From Heterodontus francisci (lineage: Eukaryota): a stretch of DNA of 64,000 bases. The stretch covers positions 76,693,300 through 76,757,299 of the forward strand of contig NC_090387.1 in assembly GCF_036365525.1 (NCBI RefSeq), given 5' to 3'. Each line of letters starts with the position of its first letter. Position 1 is the first letter of the stretch. This document shows positions 1 to 10,971 of this stretch, piece after piece. Below the pieces are notes generated by a model. It was given only the letters and a program-made list of their open reading frames with translations. It was not told where the DNA came from and ran no database searches. Made by a program: the position numbers and the translations under genes.

Positions 1-1260
1 TTCAGTGATGATAAAGGAATATTGGTATATGTCGAGCTCCGAATGGTGTGTAACTCGGAGGGAAACTTGGAGGCGATAGTGTTCTTCTGAAACTGCTGAC
101 TTTTTCCTTCTAGGTAGTGGCGGTGTTACTGAAGAAGCATTGGAGAATTGCTGCAGTGAATTCTATGGATAGTATGTAATGCAGCCAAGGTGCACTGCTG
201 TGGAGGGGTGAATATTTAGACCAATGGATTAAGTGCTGTTCAAGCAAACTGTTGTGTCCTGGAGTGTGTCGAGCTTCTTGAGTGTTGTTGCCGCTGCACC
301 TGACTAGGCAAGTGGAAGTTTTCCATCACACTCCTAACTTGTACCTTTAGGTGGTGCTGACACTTTGGGGAGTCGTATGTTGAGCCACTCATTGCAAAGT
401 GTTTAGTTTATGACGTTCTCTGGTGGCCACAGCAATTATATGGCTTTTCCAGTTCAGGTTCTGGTCACTGGTTACTCCCAGGACAATGATGACGTGGGAT
501 TTGACGATGGTATCCCATTAACTGTTTAGGGGAACTGGCTAGGCTTTCTTTTTGTTGGAGATGGTGATTGCCTGGTTCTTGTGTGGCATGAAGCTTGTAA
601 ATTATCAGTCTCTCTTGGATATTGTGCAGGTGTTGCATGTGCAGGGATGAACTACAGCTGAAGAACTGTGAGTACAACTGAATGCTGAGCATTTATTGGC
701 AAACAGTCCCATTGATGACCTTATGAGGCGGCACAGCGGCGCAGTGGTTAGCACCGCAGCCTCACAGCACCAGCGACCCAGGTTCAATTCTGGGTACTGC
801 CTGTGTGGAGTTTGCAAGTTCTCCCTGTGTCTGCGTGGGTTTCCTCCGGGTGCTCCGGTTTCCTCCCACATGCCAAAAACTTGCCGGTTGATAGGTAAAT
901 TGACCATTAGAAATTGCCTCGAGTATAGGTAGGTGGTAGGGAAATATAGGGACAGGTGGGGATGTGGTAGGAATATGGAATTAGTGTAGGATTAGTATAA
1001 ATGGGTGGTTGATGGTCGGCACAGACTCGGTGGGCCGAAGGGCCTGTTTCAGCGCTGTATCTCTAAACTAAACATGATGGAGAGAGGTAGAGTAGCTGAA
1101 GATAGCTGTGCCTAGAATAATGCCTCAAGGAACTCCTGCAGCGATGTCTTGGGACTGAGATAATTAGCTTCCAACAGGCAACTTCCTGCCAGTCATGACT
1201 CCAGCCACTGGAAAGATTTCCCTTGATACCTATTGACTTCAGTTTTGTTTTGTGAGCTTG
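1..1260 (-). mobile_element. Decayed CR1-group LINE fragment (family B), interrupted by a V-SINE
   Basis: Visible similarity to the minus-strand LINE pieces at 41.6-42.3 kb and 33.7-34.4 kb; no intact ORF. Confidence 0.6.
727..1073 (+). mobile_element. V-SINE (HE1-like), full length
   Basis: tRNA-like head (GGCGCAGTGG A box, GGTTCAATTC B box), V core GGGTTTCCTCCGGGTGCTCCGGTTTCCTCCCAC, CR1-type tail GGGCCGAAGGGCCTGTTTC, (CTAAA)n end. Confidence 0.9.
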
Positions 1261-2850
1261 GACAGATGTAGAATTGTGTAAGTGTTTAGGGAGGGAGTTT
1301 CTGACAGCAGGTTGAAGCAGTTAAAGTGTTGCCCCTAGTGCTAGCACAAAGGCCAGACATATACATCGTTCAGTCAGAAGACTGATGGGTATCGGAGGCG
1401 ATACAAGGTTGGAGGAGTTTGCAAAGGTACAGTGGGTGAGCTTATGAAGGGGTTCGAGGATAACAAATGTTTGAAATCAATTCTTTGGGAGTAACGGGCC
1501 TATGCCTTGCTGAGCCATCGTCCTTACTCCTCTTCACGTCCCATTGAGGATGGGGAATGCAGGAGGTTGTGTATGCAGGCTGGACAGGGCTTAGAGTAGG
1601 AAGTGGAAAAGTAGCTGAGTTTGAAAAATAATGAGTTTATGGAATGATGTGGATGGGAGGCGGTTGAAGAAGATGTTGAAGAAATGGAATCTAGTTGCAA
1701 CGAAATTGTAACAAATGATTCTGGGAGCAGTGAGAATGAGGTAGTAGAAATATCAATCCGCAGAAAAAACAAGTCAACCATCTTGTTGATACAATGTTTG
1801 CAGCTGTGCGTGAAACAGAAGATGCAGATTTTCCACTGGCTGATTTGATTTGGGTGATTGGCCAGGGAGCGGCTGTAATTCGTGGCACTGGAACAAGGTC
1901 TATGATTTAAGTCTTCCCAGTTCAACTGAAGGAAATATTGGCACAACCATGGCTTAACATCAGGCAGGCACTTTGACAGCGTACATGTAGCTGTGGGGTA
2001 CTGTGAAGCGATGGAGAGATATCCAGATCTGACCCTTTACCTGCATATCATCCCAGTGAGTAGCAACGTCTAGGTAAGCAAATTGAAGGGAAACGAGGTG
2101 TGGAAGGTGAGAATAAGTGCCTTGGAGCGTAAAGAGAGGTTAGAGATAGAGTTCTAGCAAAAGAGAATATTCGGGTAAGTCATGACTTTTCTTTTTAGGA
2201 ATTTTTTTTTCAAAGAAGTGGTGAAAAAGAAAGCTGCTATTAATAACCTGCCCAAGAGTATGGGTCAGAAAAGGAAACTGAGTGCTCAAGAGGTTGTTGG
2301 GATCGATGGAGGGAGCGGGATATTAGCGTCATTTAAGAGATTGGGTTAGAGAGGCTTGAGATGAGATAACAGAGAAACTACATAGTGGTGGGTGACAGGG
2401 GGCACGGTCTGCGGAAGGCCGGATATAACAGTAGCAGAGGCAAGTGTATAAAATCAATCTTAGAGGTGAAGAAATCCATGTATTCGCACTTGTTGAAAGA
2501 GTGGGCGTTGTATGAGGTATAGTGTCTCTGTGAAATGGTGGCGAATTCACAGGGAAACTATGCCCATTAAACTCAAGACACACGGTACCATACAAACCGA
2601 ATTCTTTCACCTAGGCGCTGAGCTCCACTCAACTCTCCATCATTTCTCAGAGACACTGCTCAGCCAACACCTCACCCTTTCACCGAGAAACTGTACTCCA
2701 TCCAATGCCTCACTGTTTCACTGAGACTGTGCTCCAACTCTTTTACTTCATATGACACTTCTCTCCTCATTAATCCAACTTGCAGACATCTCCTCCTCCA
2801 ATTAAATTAAGATGTCACTACTCTTCCAATTCCTCTTTCAAGCTGGAGGT
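1261..2850. mobile_element. Very old LINE (probably L2-like) remnants
   Basis: Purine-skewed degenerate sequence resembling antisense L2; no motif intact. Confidence 0.3.
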
Positions 2851-3305
2851 GACAGGGCAAGTTGATCAGGCAGGAAAAAAGTGTGTAGTAGACCTGGCTT
2901 TGTAAATCCCAATAGCTGCTGGTACTAAGGACAGAAATGATCGTCCCGGTGTATGGTGGAACGCGTTTGGAGGCAGAGGGGTCCTACCTGTCCTGACTTT
3001 TTTTGCCAGTAAAACCCTTATTGGTTCCCCAACACTGACGGTTGTCATATATATGCATTGCGAAACGAGCGCCTTCTGTAGGTAGAGGCTATCAGTGGGG
3101 ATAAAATCTTTGTGTTAAATTTGGCTGGGGGCGTTTTAAACTTCCAAACTCAAATTTCCAGAGTTTTTCAGCGTTTTGTAAAACCGTTTCCACCTAATTT
3201 GAAGCACACCATCTGAGGTATAACTTGACTGTGGGCGGAAGGTGCATTTTAATAGTGCCCAGGTATCCCGCTGAATTTCCTACCATTCACGCAGCATCTA
3301 CAACA

Positions 3306-3361
3306 ATGAATAGATGGCCCTTCGTTTTCTTCCATTCTCCTTTTTGCAGATTAACAACACG
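3306..3361 (+). pseudogene. Possible decayed leader exon of IgSF pseudogene A
   Basis: ATG then MNRWPFVFF, continuing as ILLFAD after a 1-nt shift; no intact GT donor. Confidence 0.2.
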
Positions 3362-3692
3362 GAGGAGAGTCCATCCTCTTCAAAGCAGGTTGTGGCTGCA
3401 GGTCAGACTGATCTCAATTTGTAATATAATACAGATTAGCCAGCAGATATCGCTGTGTCACTCAGTACCACTAAAAGTTGGAGTATTTACTATCTCCGAT
3501 CACAAATTGTACTAATCTGTTCATTTCATTACTGCCATTCGTCTACCATGGTTTACTGCAAACGTTAATTGTCCAACAGGTACAGTACATTTTAGTGTGC
3601 GGCACTTCGATTTGAATTCAAATAAAATCCTTACTGCTCTTGAGCTGCAAGTGAACTTGCAGTTCATGTACTGAGCTGGTCCTATGGATACC

Positions 3693-5711
3693 TTTCTTTC
3701 TTTCTTTCTTTGGCCTCCTTGTCTCGAGAGACAATGGGTAAGCGCCTGGAGGTGGTCAGTGGTTTGTGGAGCAGCGCCTGGAGTGGCTATAAAAGCCAAT
3801 TCTAGAGTGACAGGCTCTTCCACAGGTGTTGCAGAAAAATTTGTTTGTCGGGGCTGTTACACAGTTGGCTCTCCCTTTGTGCTTCTGTCTTTTTTCCTGC
3901 CAACTGCTAAGACTCTTCGACTAGCCACACTTTAGCCCCGCCTTTATGGCTGCCTGCCAGCTCTGGCGATCACTGGCGATCGCTGGCAGCTGACTCCCAC
4001 GACTTGTGATCAATGTCACCGGACTTCATGTTGCGTTTGCAGACGTCTTTAAAGCAGAGACATGGACAGCCGGTGGGTCTGATACCACTGGCGAGCACGC
4101 TGTACAATGTGTCTTTGGGGTTCCTGCCATCTTCCATGCGGCTCACATGGCCAAGCCATCTCAAGCGCCGCTGACTCAGTCGTGTGTATAAGCTGGGGAT
4201 CTTGGCCGCCTCGAGGACTTCTGTGTTGGAGATACGGTCCTGCCACCTGATGCCAAGTATTCTCCGGAGGCAACGAAGATGGAATAAATTGAGACATCGC
4301 TCTTGGCTGACATACATTGTCCAGGCCTCGCTGCCATAAGAGCAAGGTACTGAGGACACAGGCTTGATACACTCGGACTTTTGTGTTCCGTGTCAGTGCG
4401 CCATTTTCCCACACTCTCTTGGCCAGTCTGGACATAGCAGTGGAAGCCTTTCCCATGCGCTTGTTAATTTCTGCATCTAGAGACAGGTTACTGGTGATAG
4501 TTGAGCCTAGGTAGGTGAACTCTTGAACCATTTCCAGAGCGTGGTCACCGATATTGATGGATGGAGCATTTCTGACGTCCTGTCCCATGATGTTCATTTT
4601 CTTGAGGCTGATGGTGAGGCCAAATTCGTTGCAGGCAGCCGCAAACCTGTCGATGAGACTCTGCAGACACTCTTCAGTGTGAGATGTTAAAGCAGCATCG
4701 TCAGCAAAGAGGAGTTCCCTGATGAGGACTTTCCGTACTTTGGTCTTCGCTCTTAGATGGGCAGGGTTGAACAACCTGCCACCTGATCTTATGTGGAGGA
4801 AAATTCCTTCTTCTGAAGACTTGAACGCATGTGAGAGCAGCAGGGAGAAGAAAACCCCAAACAGTGTCGGTGCGAGAACCCAGCCCCATTTCACGCCACT
4901 CAGGATAGGAAAGGGGTCTGATAAGGTGCCGCGATGCTGAATTGTGCCTTTCATATTGTCATGGAATGAGGTGATGATACTTAGTAACTTTGGTCGACAT
5001 CCGATCTTTTCTAGTAGTCTGAAGAGACCACGTCTGCTGACGAGGTCAAAGGCTTTGGTGAAATCAATGAAAGCAATGTAGAGAGGCATCTGTTGTTCGT
5101 GGCATTTCTCCTGTATCTGACGAAGGGAGAACAGCATGTCAATGGTCGATCTCTCTGCACGAAAGCCACACTGTGCCAGAAGCTTGGCCAGCTTCTGGAG
5201 CCTGTTTAAGGCGACTCGAGCAAAGACTTTCCCCACTATGCTGAGCAGGGAGATTTCACGGTAGTTGTTGCAGTCACCACGGTCACCTTTGTTTTTATAG
5301 AGGGTGATGATATTGGCATCGCACATGTCCTGAGGTACTGCTCCCTCGTCCCAGCACAGGCAAAGCAGTTCATGTAGTGCTGAGAGTATAGCAGGCTTGG
5401 CACTCTTGATTATTTCAGGGGTAATGCTGTCCTTCCCAGGGGCTTTTCCGCTGGCTAGAGAATCAATGGCATCACTGAGTTCCGATTTTGTTGGCTGTAC
5501 GTCCAGCTCATCCATGACTGGTAGAGGCTGGGCTGCATTGAGGGCAGTCTCAGTGACAACATTCTCCCTGGAGTAAAGTTCTAGGTAGTGCTCAACCCAG
5601 CGGTCCATTTGCTTGCGTTGTGCAGTTCTAGGTAGTGCTCAACCCAGCGGTCCATTTGCTTGCGTTGTGCAGTTCTAGGTAGTGCTCAACCCAGCGGTCC
5701 ATTTGCTTGCG
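3693..5711 (-). mobile_element. 5'-truncated RTE LINE
   Basis: RT ORF 4049-5608 (QCGFR, FIDFTKAFD, LFADD) with a frameshift near 4340; (GAAA)n tail; 10-bp TSD TATGGATACC at 3683-3692 and 5712-5721. Confidence 0.95.
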
Positions 5712-5712
5712 T
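5577..5712. repeat. 47-bp tandem triplication at the RTE 5' truncation point
   Basis: Units start at 5577, 5624 and 5671: AGTTCTAGGTAGTGCTCAACCCAGCGGTCCATTTGCTTGCGT(TGTGC). Confidence 0.95.
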
Positions 5713-6131
5713 ATGGATACCAGCTCATTAAAAACCCTGCTCCTTGACCCCGTTATATCAGACACATGTCACCGCAACTCATTAATTAAACTGTGAACCC
5801 GCGTGTTTCACTGGGATCACCCACATACTTATTCAGGGGAAGTCCCCAATTTGATTTTAAATTTCGACTATGTTTGGGAACTTTGTGCTTCAACGCATTA
5901 CTGCTCTGATGGTTATCACTGTAGACTTGTTATTACTGTATATCCTTCTCCGCTTATTAATATAAAAACATTGTAAGTAGCTTTCTGAATCTGTGCCGTA
6001 AAACTGAATTTGACTGAACCAATTTCATTGTTTTCTTTTTGTATGTATAACTATTATTTAAATTCCCTCTCTAACGTTATTTCGCTCTCCTATGCGTTGT
6101 CAATGGCCGCTGTTTGTATTTATTGGCTCAG

Positions 6132-6433
6132 AGCTGCTTGTGATACTTCTGTGCAAGTGCGGCAAGTCCCCGAACGCGTAACCGCCATCAAAGGTTACCT
6201 TCTATTGCACTTTTCCCCTCTTCCAAAATATCCTAGAAGTGAACATTTTCTGGTGGAAACATGATGACAGTAGATTGCTGGTAGCAGAATCAAACGAAAG
6301 AAAACCGTTTCGGGTCAAAAAGGGGAACGGTTCTTTCCAGCTCCTCGATGTAACTATGGCACCTATTTCTGTAAGGTGACATTTCAAAACAAAGTGATTG
6401 GAAACGGGATCGGATCGCTGCTCATTGCGCATG
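6132..6433 (+). pseudogene. Ig V-set exon (VJ-type) of IgSF receptor pseudogene A
   Basis: With two frameshifts: AACDTSVQVRQVPERVTAIKG/TFYCTFPLFQNILEVNIFWWKH...GSFQLLDVT/GTYFCKVTFQNKVIGNGIGSLLIAH. Has B-strand Cys, C-strand Trp, YFC, GxG motif and a phase-1 GTAAGT donor at 6434. Confidence 0.85.
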
Positions 6434-8319
6434 GTAAGTGGGATTGTAGGGAGAAGATGAGTGAAAAGGGACCGCCTCTCTGCACGTGAGAGGAGAATTG
6501 GAGTGCAATGGGTCTGGATCAGAGTTTGTAATTGCGATTGTAGCGGAGAGCAAAAGCGAAATGAGAGTGGTTCGCACTTTATTATATAGAATGTGATTTT
6601 AGATGGAATATTGTTGCAAACAATTGCAAATTACTATAGTATAAAGCGAGAGTACTTTGGATCTTTAATATACTAAGTTACTGCGAATCCCAGGTACATA
6701 TCTGCTTTTTAAAATATCTGTTGTGGAAGATCGTTAGCAGTGCCTTTATGGAAACGTTTAGACAACAAAATATGATGAGAAATAGTGAAGCGTAATTGAT
6801 ATTTTATTAATTTAATCAAGGTTTTTCCTTGACGTTATTGGACTAATGCCAACGTCTGTGGAGAATATTTCATGCTGAAGATCATTCACAGACAGTCACT
6901 AGTTAAAATGTATTTAGTACTGGGAATCAACTCGACTGCAATTATCTGCAACACTTCCGGGACCGCAGATACTACCTTAACTGATAACGTTCCTTGTCAA
7001 CCTTTCCATTTAAAAATAATGTTCCAGTTTTTGTTTCCAAACACACGCCCCTTCTCAAATCAGAGAATATATCATCTCGGTGCCAAAGATTAACGTTCCT
7101 TATTATAGGTTCCATCCTTAATACCAGCAAGGAATCACGCACCATCATCCCCAGAATAACCCTTCTTCCAGTTTATAGCATCTGAACAAACATTTCTCAT
7201 AGTTTAATTAGAAATACTAACCCCACGCATTTTAAATGCTGGTATTTTTCACTATGCATCGAATGCTAGGTTTGACACTTCTCATTGTTCTTTATTGACG
7301 GCCGCTTTTATGACTAAATTGAAAGTGTACGTGCATTGCAGAAACTGGTTTGAGACATTTAGGTTCCAACAGGTGTGAAAGGGACTGATCAGATCCTGTG
7401 TGCGATTTTGGCGGAGACCAAGAGTGAAATAAGAGTGGTTCACACTTTATTATGCAGAGCTTGATTTTTTTAGAAGGAATACTGTTGTCAACAATTACAA
7501 ATTCCAGTACCAAAACGCGAGGATTTTTGAATCTTCAGTATTGTGAACATTGAGAACATTTCTGTTGTTGAAAATGTTTAGAGTATAAAATCGCTAGCGT
7601 TGTCTTATGGAATATGAAGGGAGAATAATGCAAAATATGCGATAAGGCAGAATCCTGATTAAATTCCCGACCGCGAAGAATCATGGTCAGAGCTCTCTCC
7701 AAATAAGTAATTTGAGAGCAGGGGTGAGACAGCACCAATCCCTGAACATTTAAACTGAGGCCAGGTAGGTTTAAGAAGTGTTTAGGCGAATTGTCCTGGA
7801 GTTGCAGTCCCTGGAATGTCAAACTAAAGCCCGTGAGAGGACGAATTCCAGGAAGTTCACTTCCCAAGAATCGAGAATGATATCGCTCTGACTCCTTTGA
7901 ACTGCAAAGTCGGTGCGAAGCACAAAGTTCCGTAAATTTGTAGTATACTGTTCTGGCTACGGATCCCAACATTCGTTTTGTTTTAAGATTAAAGATGCCT
8001 TGGCAATTACCAGTTCCGACTCCCTTTCCAAGTCTCCCAGCTCAAGTTATATTCCCTTCATTGTATTCTTGCTGTGGCTATTTTCACCCAGCATACAATA
8101 CTTAACATATTCACTATTAAATGTAAGTTGCCGTTTGTCTCATTATACAGCTGACCGACTATAACACGTGAGCCCCATTCTCACTTCCCACACTCCTTAT
8201 TTTTGGTTTCTTTTATTTACAGTTAGTTGGCACTCCTGCCCAGTGACTGTGCCTGCTTTGTAAATACGTGGTAAAAGATTAAGTTGGAATAGGAAGAGAG
8301 GACGGGTTAACAATTTAAA

Positions 8320-8740
8320 GTAAAAGAACCAGATGGCGGAATGAGGAAAATTTGTTTTAAAGCAGCGTATTGTTCTGATCCAGAGCACACTTCCTGAAAG
8401 GGTGGAAGAAGCAGATTCAATGGTAACTTTCAAAAGGGAATTGGAAATGTACTTGTAACTGATCCTCTATTCAAGACAGAGATGGATAGATTTTTAGATA
8501 GTAAGGATATCAAGGGATATGGGGAGAGTGCGGGAAAATGGCGAAGATCAGCCATAATCTAGTTGAATGGCGGAGCAGGCTCGAGGGGCCGAATGGTCTA
8601 TTCCTGCTCCGATTTCCTCTGTTCCTGAAGAAAGAATGCCGGGCTGTGGGGGCAATGGGCCTAACTGGATAGCTCTTGCAAAGCGGCGAAACAGACAAAA
8701 GGGGTCAAATAGCCTCTTTCTGTGCTGAAAGATTTTAAGA
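8320..8740 (+). mobile_element. Old CR1 3' fragments
   Basis: CR1 3'UTR motifs such as GGAGCAGGCTCGAGGGGCCGAATGG. Confidence 0.7.
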
Positions 8741-9205
8741 TTTGTCGAAATGAAATTTGTCTACAGATTTTTTAAACGATGAATGTGTTTAGCATTTTCT
8801 CTCCCAGTTTAAAATTTAAAACAGTGTAAAGTTTCTGAAAGTTTTGTTTTTAATGAGTGCCCCGATTACACAACAAAGACAAAAACACCTATATAAAGCA
8901 AGGGAACCATGTCCTGAAATTTGGATAATTTTCCTGTATACGATGATAGAAAGGATTCAAGACCTTGCTGAGGGAACGGGGTGCACGAAACGTTCTTTGT
9001 ATTTTTACAGTCTGCCAATTCGTTAGAGTATTTAACGTATATTTGCAAGAGACGGACGTGTTTCGATGTTAGGTAACGGACTATATGAAAAAAGGTTTGG
9101 AAGATATTAATTTATAAAATAAAAAAAACATTAAAATATTTTCGATAAATAATGGTGAAAGCTATCTGAAGATATATTCAACCACAGAATGGAATGGAAT
9201 GTAAG

Positions 9206-9946
9206 ATTTGGAATGAGAGATTTGGGTGTTCAGGTCCATTTTCCCTGAAGGTGGCGACGCAGGTCAACAGAGTGGTCAAGAAGGCAGACGGCATGCTTTC
9301 CTTCATCGGACGGGGTATTGAGTAGAAGAGTTGTTACAGTTGTATAGTTGTTACAGTCATGTTACAGTTGTATAGGACTTTGGTTCGGCCACATTTGGAA
9401 TACTGCGTGGAGTTCTGGTCGCCACATTACCAAAAGGATGTGGATGCTTTGGAGAGGGTGCAGAGGAGGTTCACCAGGATGTTGCCTGGTATGGAGGGTG
9501 CTAGCTATGAAGAGAGGTTGAGTAGATTAGGATTATTTTCATTAGAAAGACGGAGGTTGAGGGGGGACCTGATTGAGGTGTACAAAATCATGAGAGGTAT
9601 GGACAGGTTGGATAGCAAGAAGCTTTTTCCCAGAGTGGGGGATTCAATTACTAGGGGACACGAGTTCAAAGTGAAAGGGGAAAAGTTTAGGGGGGATATG
9701 CGTGGAAAGTTCTTTAGGCAGAGGGTGGTGGGTGCCTGGAACGCGTTGCCAGCGGAGGTGGTAGACGCGGGCACGATAGCGTCTTTTAAGATGTATCTAG
9801 ACAGATACATGAATGGGCAGGAAGTAAAGAGATACAGACCCTTAGAAAATAGGCGACAGGTTTAGATAGAGGATCTGGATCGGCGCAGGCTTGGAGGGCC
9901 GAAGGGCCTGTTCCTGTGCTGTAATTTTCTTTGTTCTTTGTTCTTT
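9206..9946 (+). mobile_element. 5'-truncated CR1 LINE
   Basis: ORF 9359-9865 LYRTLVRPHLEYC..WSP..LERRRLRGDLI; (TTCTTTG)n tail. Confidence 0.95.
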
Positions 9947-9982
9947 GTAAGTCAGAGTAATGTTATGTGAAATCTCCATCAG

Positions 9983-10155
9983 CTTCCCCAACTCCGCGAA
10001 AGATGTTCTCCTCAGTACCTAAAGATTTTTTATCTACTTCTCTATTACTTGTGTGTAAAATGGCTGAATTTTATCCGAAGAAAATTTCCATTACTTGGTA
10101 TAAGAATGATGAGATTCTGATTGTCACACGTACTATGAAACAACAGAACAACAGA
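9983..10155 (+). pseudogene. Ig C1-set exon, 5' half (pseudogene A)
   Basis: Acceptor CATCAG| in phase 1; ASPTPRKMFS...LLLVCKMAEFYPKKISITWYKND...KQQN matches the C1 signature LxC..xFYPxxIxxxW. Confidence 0.85.
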
Positions 10156-10159
10156 ATAG

Positions 10160-10200
10160 TGTGCAGGTGATGGTGTAGTGGTAATGTCATTGGATTAGTA
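10160..10200 (+). mobile_element. tRNA-derived head fragment (family B type), split by the CR1 and resuming at ~18657-18699
   Basis: GGTGTAGTGGTAATGTCATTGGATTAGTA ... CTCTGGGGATATGGG matches the head at 29085-29160 (-). Confidence 0.55.
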
Positions 10201-10385
10201 AGACTCGGAGGGCGGAGTTCCAGAGCAGTGAGTAAATAAAAAAACTTACCTCGGGGATTTCGGAGCAGACTCGTAGGGCGGAGTTCCAGAGCGGTGAGTA
10301 TAAAAAACTTACCTCGGGGATTCTCGGAGCAGATCGGTGAGCGGAGTTCCAGAGCGGTGAGTGAACAGAGTAAGTTACCTCGGGT
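10201..10385 (+). repeat. Three ~63-66 bp tandem monomers at the CR1 5' end
   Basis: Units start at ~10201, 10267 and 10330: AGACTCG.AGGGCGGAGTTCCAGAGC.GTGAGT...ACTTACCTCGGG. Confidence 0.85.
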
Positions 10386-10566
10386 GGGAAAAAAAACTGA
10401 AAAAGTGACGTTCCAGGAAAGCTGTGACCTGATTGGCTGGTAGGGAATCTGCACCGAATTTGAAAATAAAACTGATAAAAATTGATTAAAACACTAATTA
10501 ACTAATTAATAAGTAGAGTAACTGTAGTTAGACAGCATTTAATATTTATTGTAGAAATCTAGCACT

Positions 10567-10835
10567 CCCCTTCTTCTTTGGCCTCCTTATCTCGAGAGAC
10601 AATGGATACGCGCCTGGAGGTGGTCAGTGGTTTGTGAAGCAGCGCCTGGAGTGGCTGTAAAGGCCAATTCTGGAGTGACAGGCTCTTCCACAGGTGCTGC
10701 AGAGAAATTTGTTTGTCGGGGCTGTTGCACAGTTGGCTCTCCCCTTGCGCCTCTGTCTTTTTTCCTGCCAACTACTAAGTCTCTTCGACTCGCCACATTT
10801 TAGCCCTGTCTTTATGGCTGCCCACCAGCTCTGTC
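10567..10835 (-). mobile_element. RTE 3'-end fragment
   Basis: Near-identical to 10990-11248; (GAA)n tail. Confidence 0.95.
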
Positions 10836-10971
10836 TTACATGTTAATTGTACATTAATTATGTTTAATTATACACAAGTGGTGGGCATTAACTGGGCATT
10901 CACTTGAGCTCCCTCTAAATAGGCACAAACTAAAACTATGGTTACTGGGTTAGCAAGTGTATGCTTGTAAT

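Noticed and set aside
727-800. tRNA gene
   Set aside because: SINE head continuing into the V core; no complete cloverleaf
605-932. Recurring ORFs such as MWEETGAPGGNPRRH...
   Set aside because: Translations of V-SINE copies
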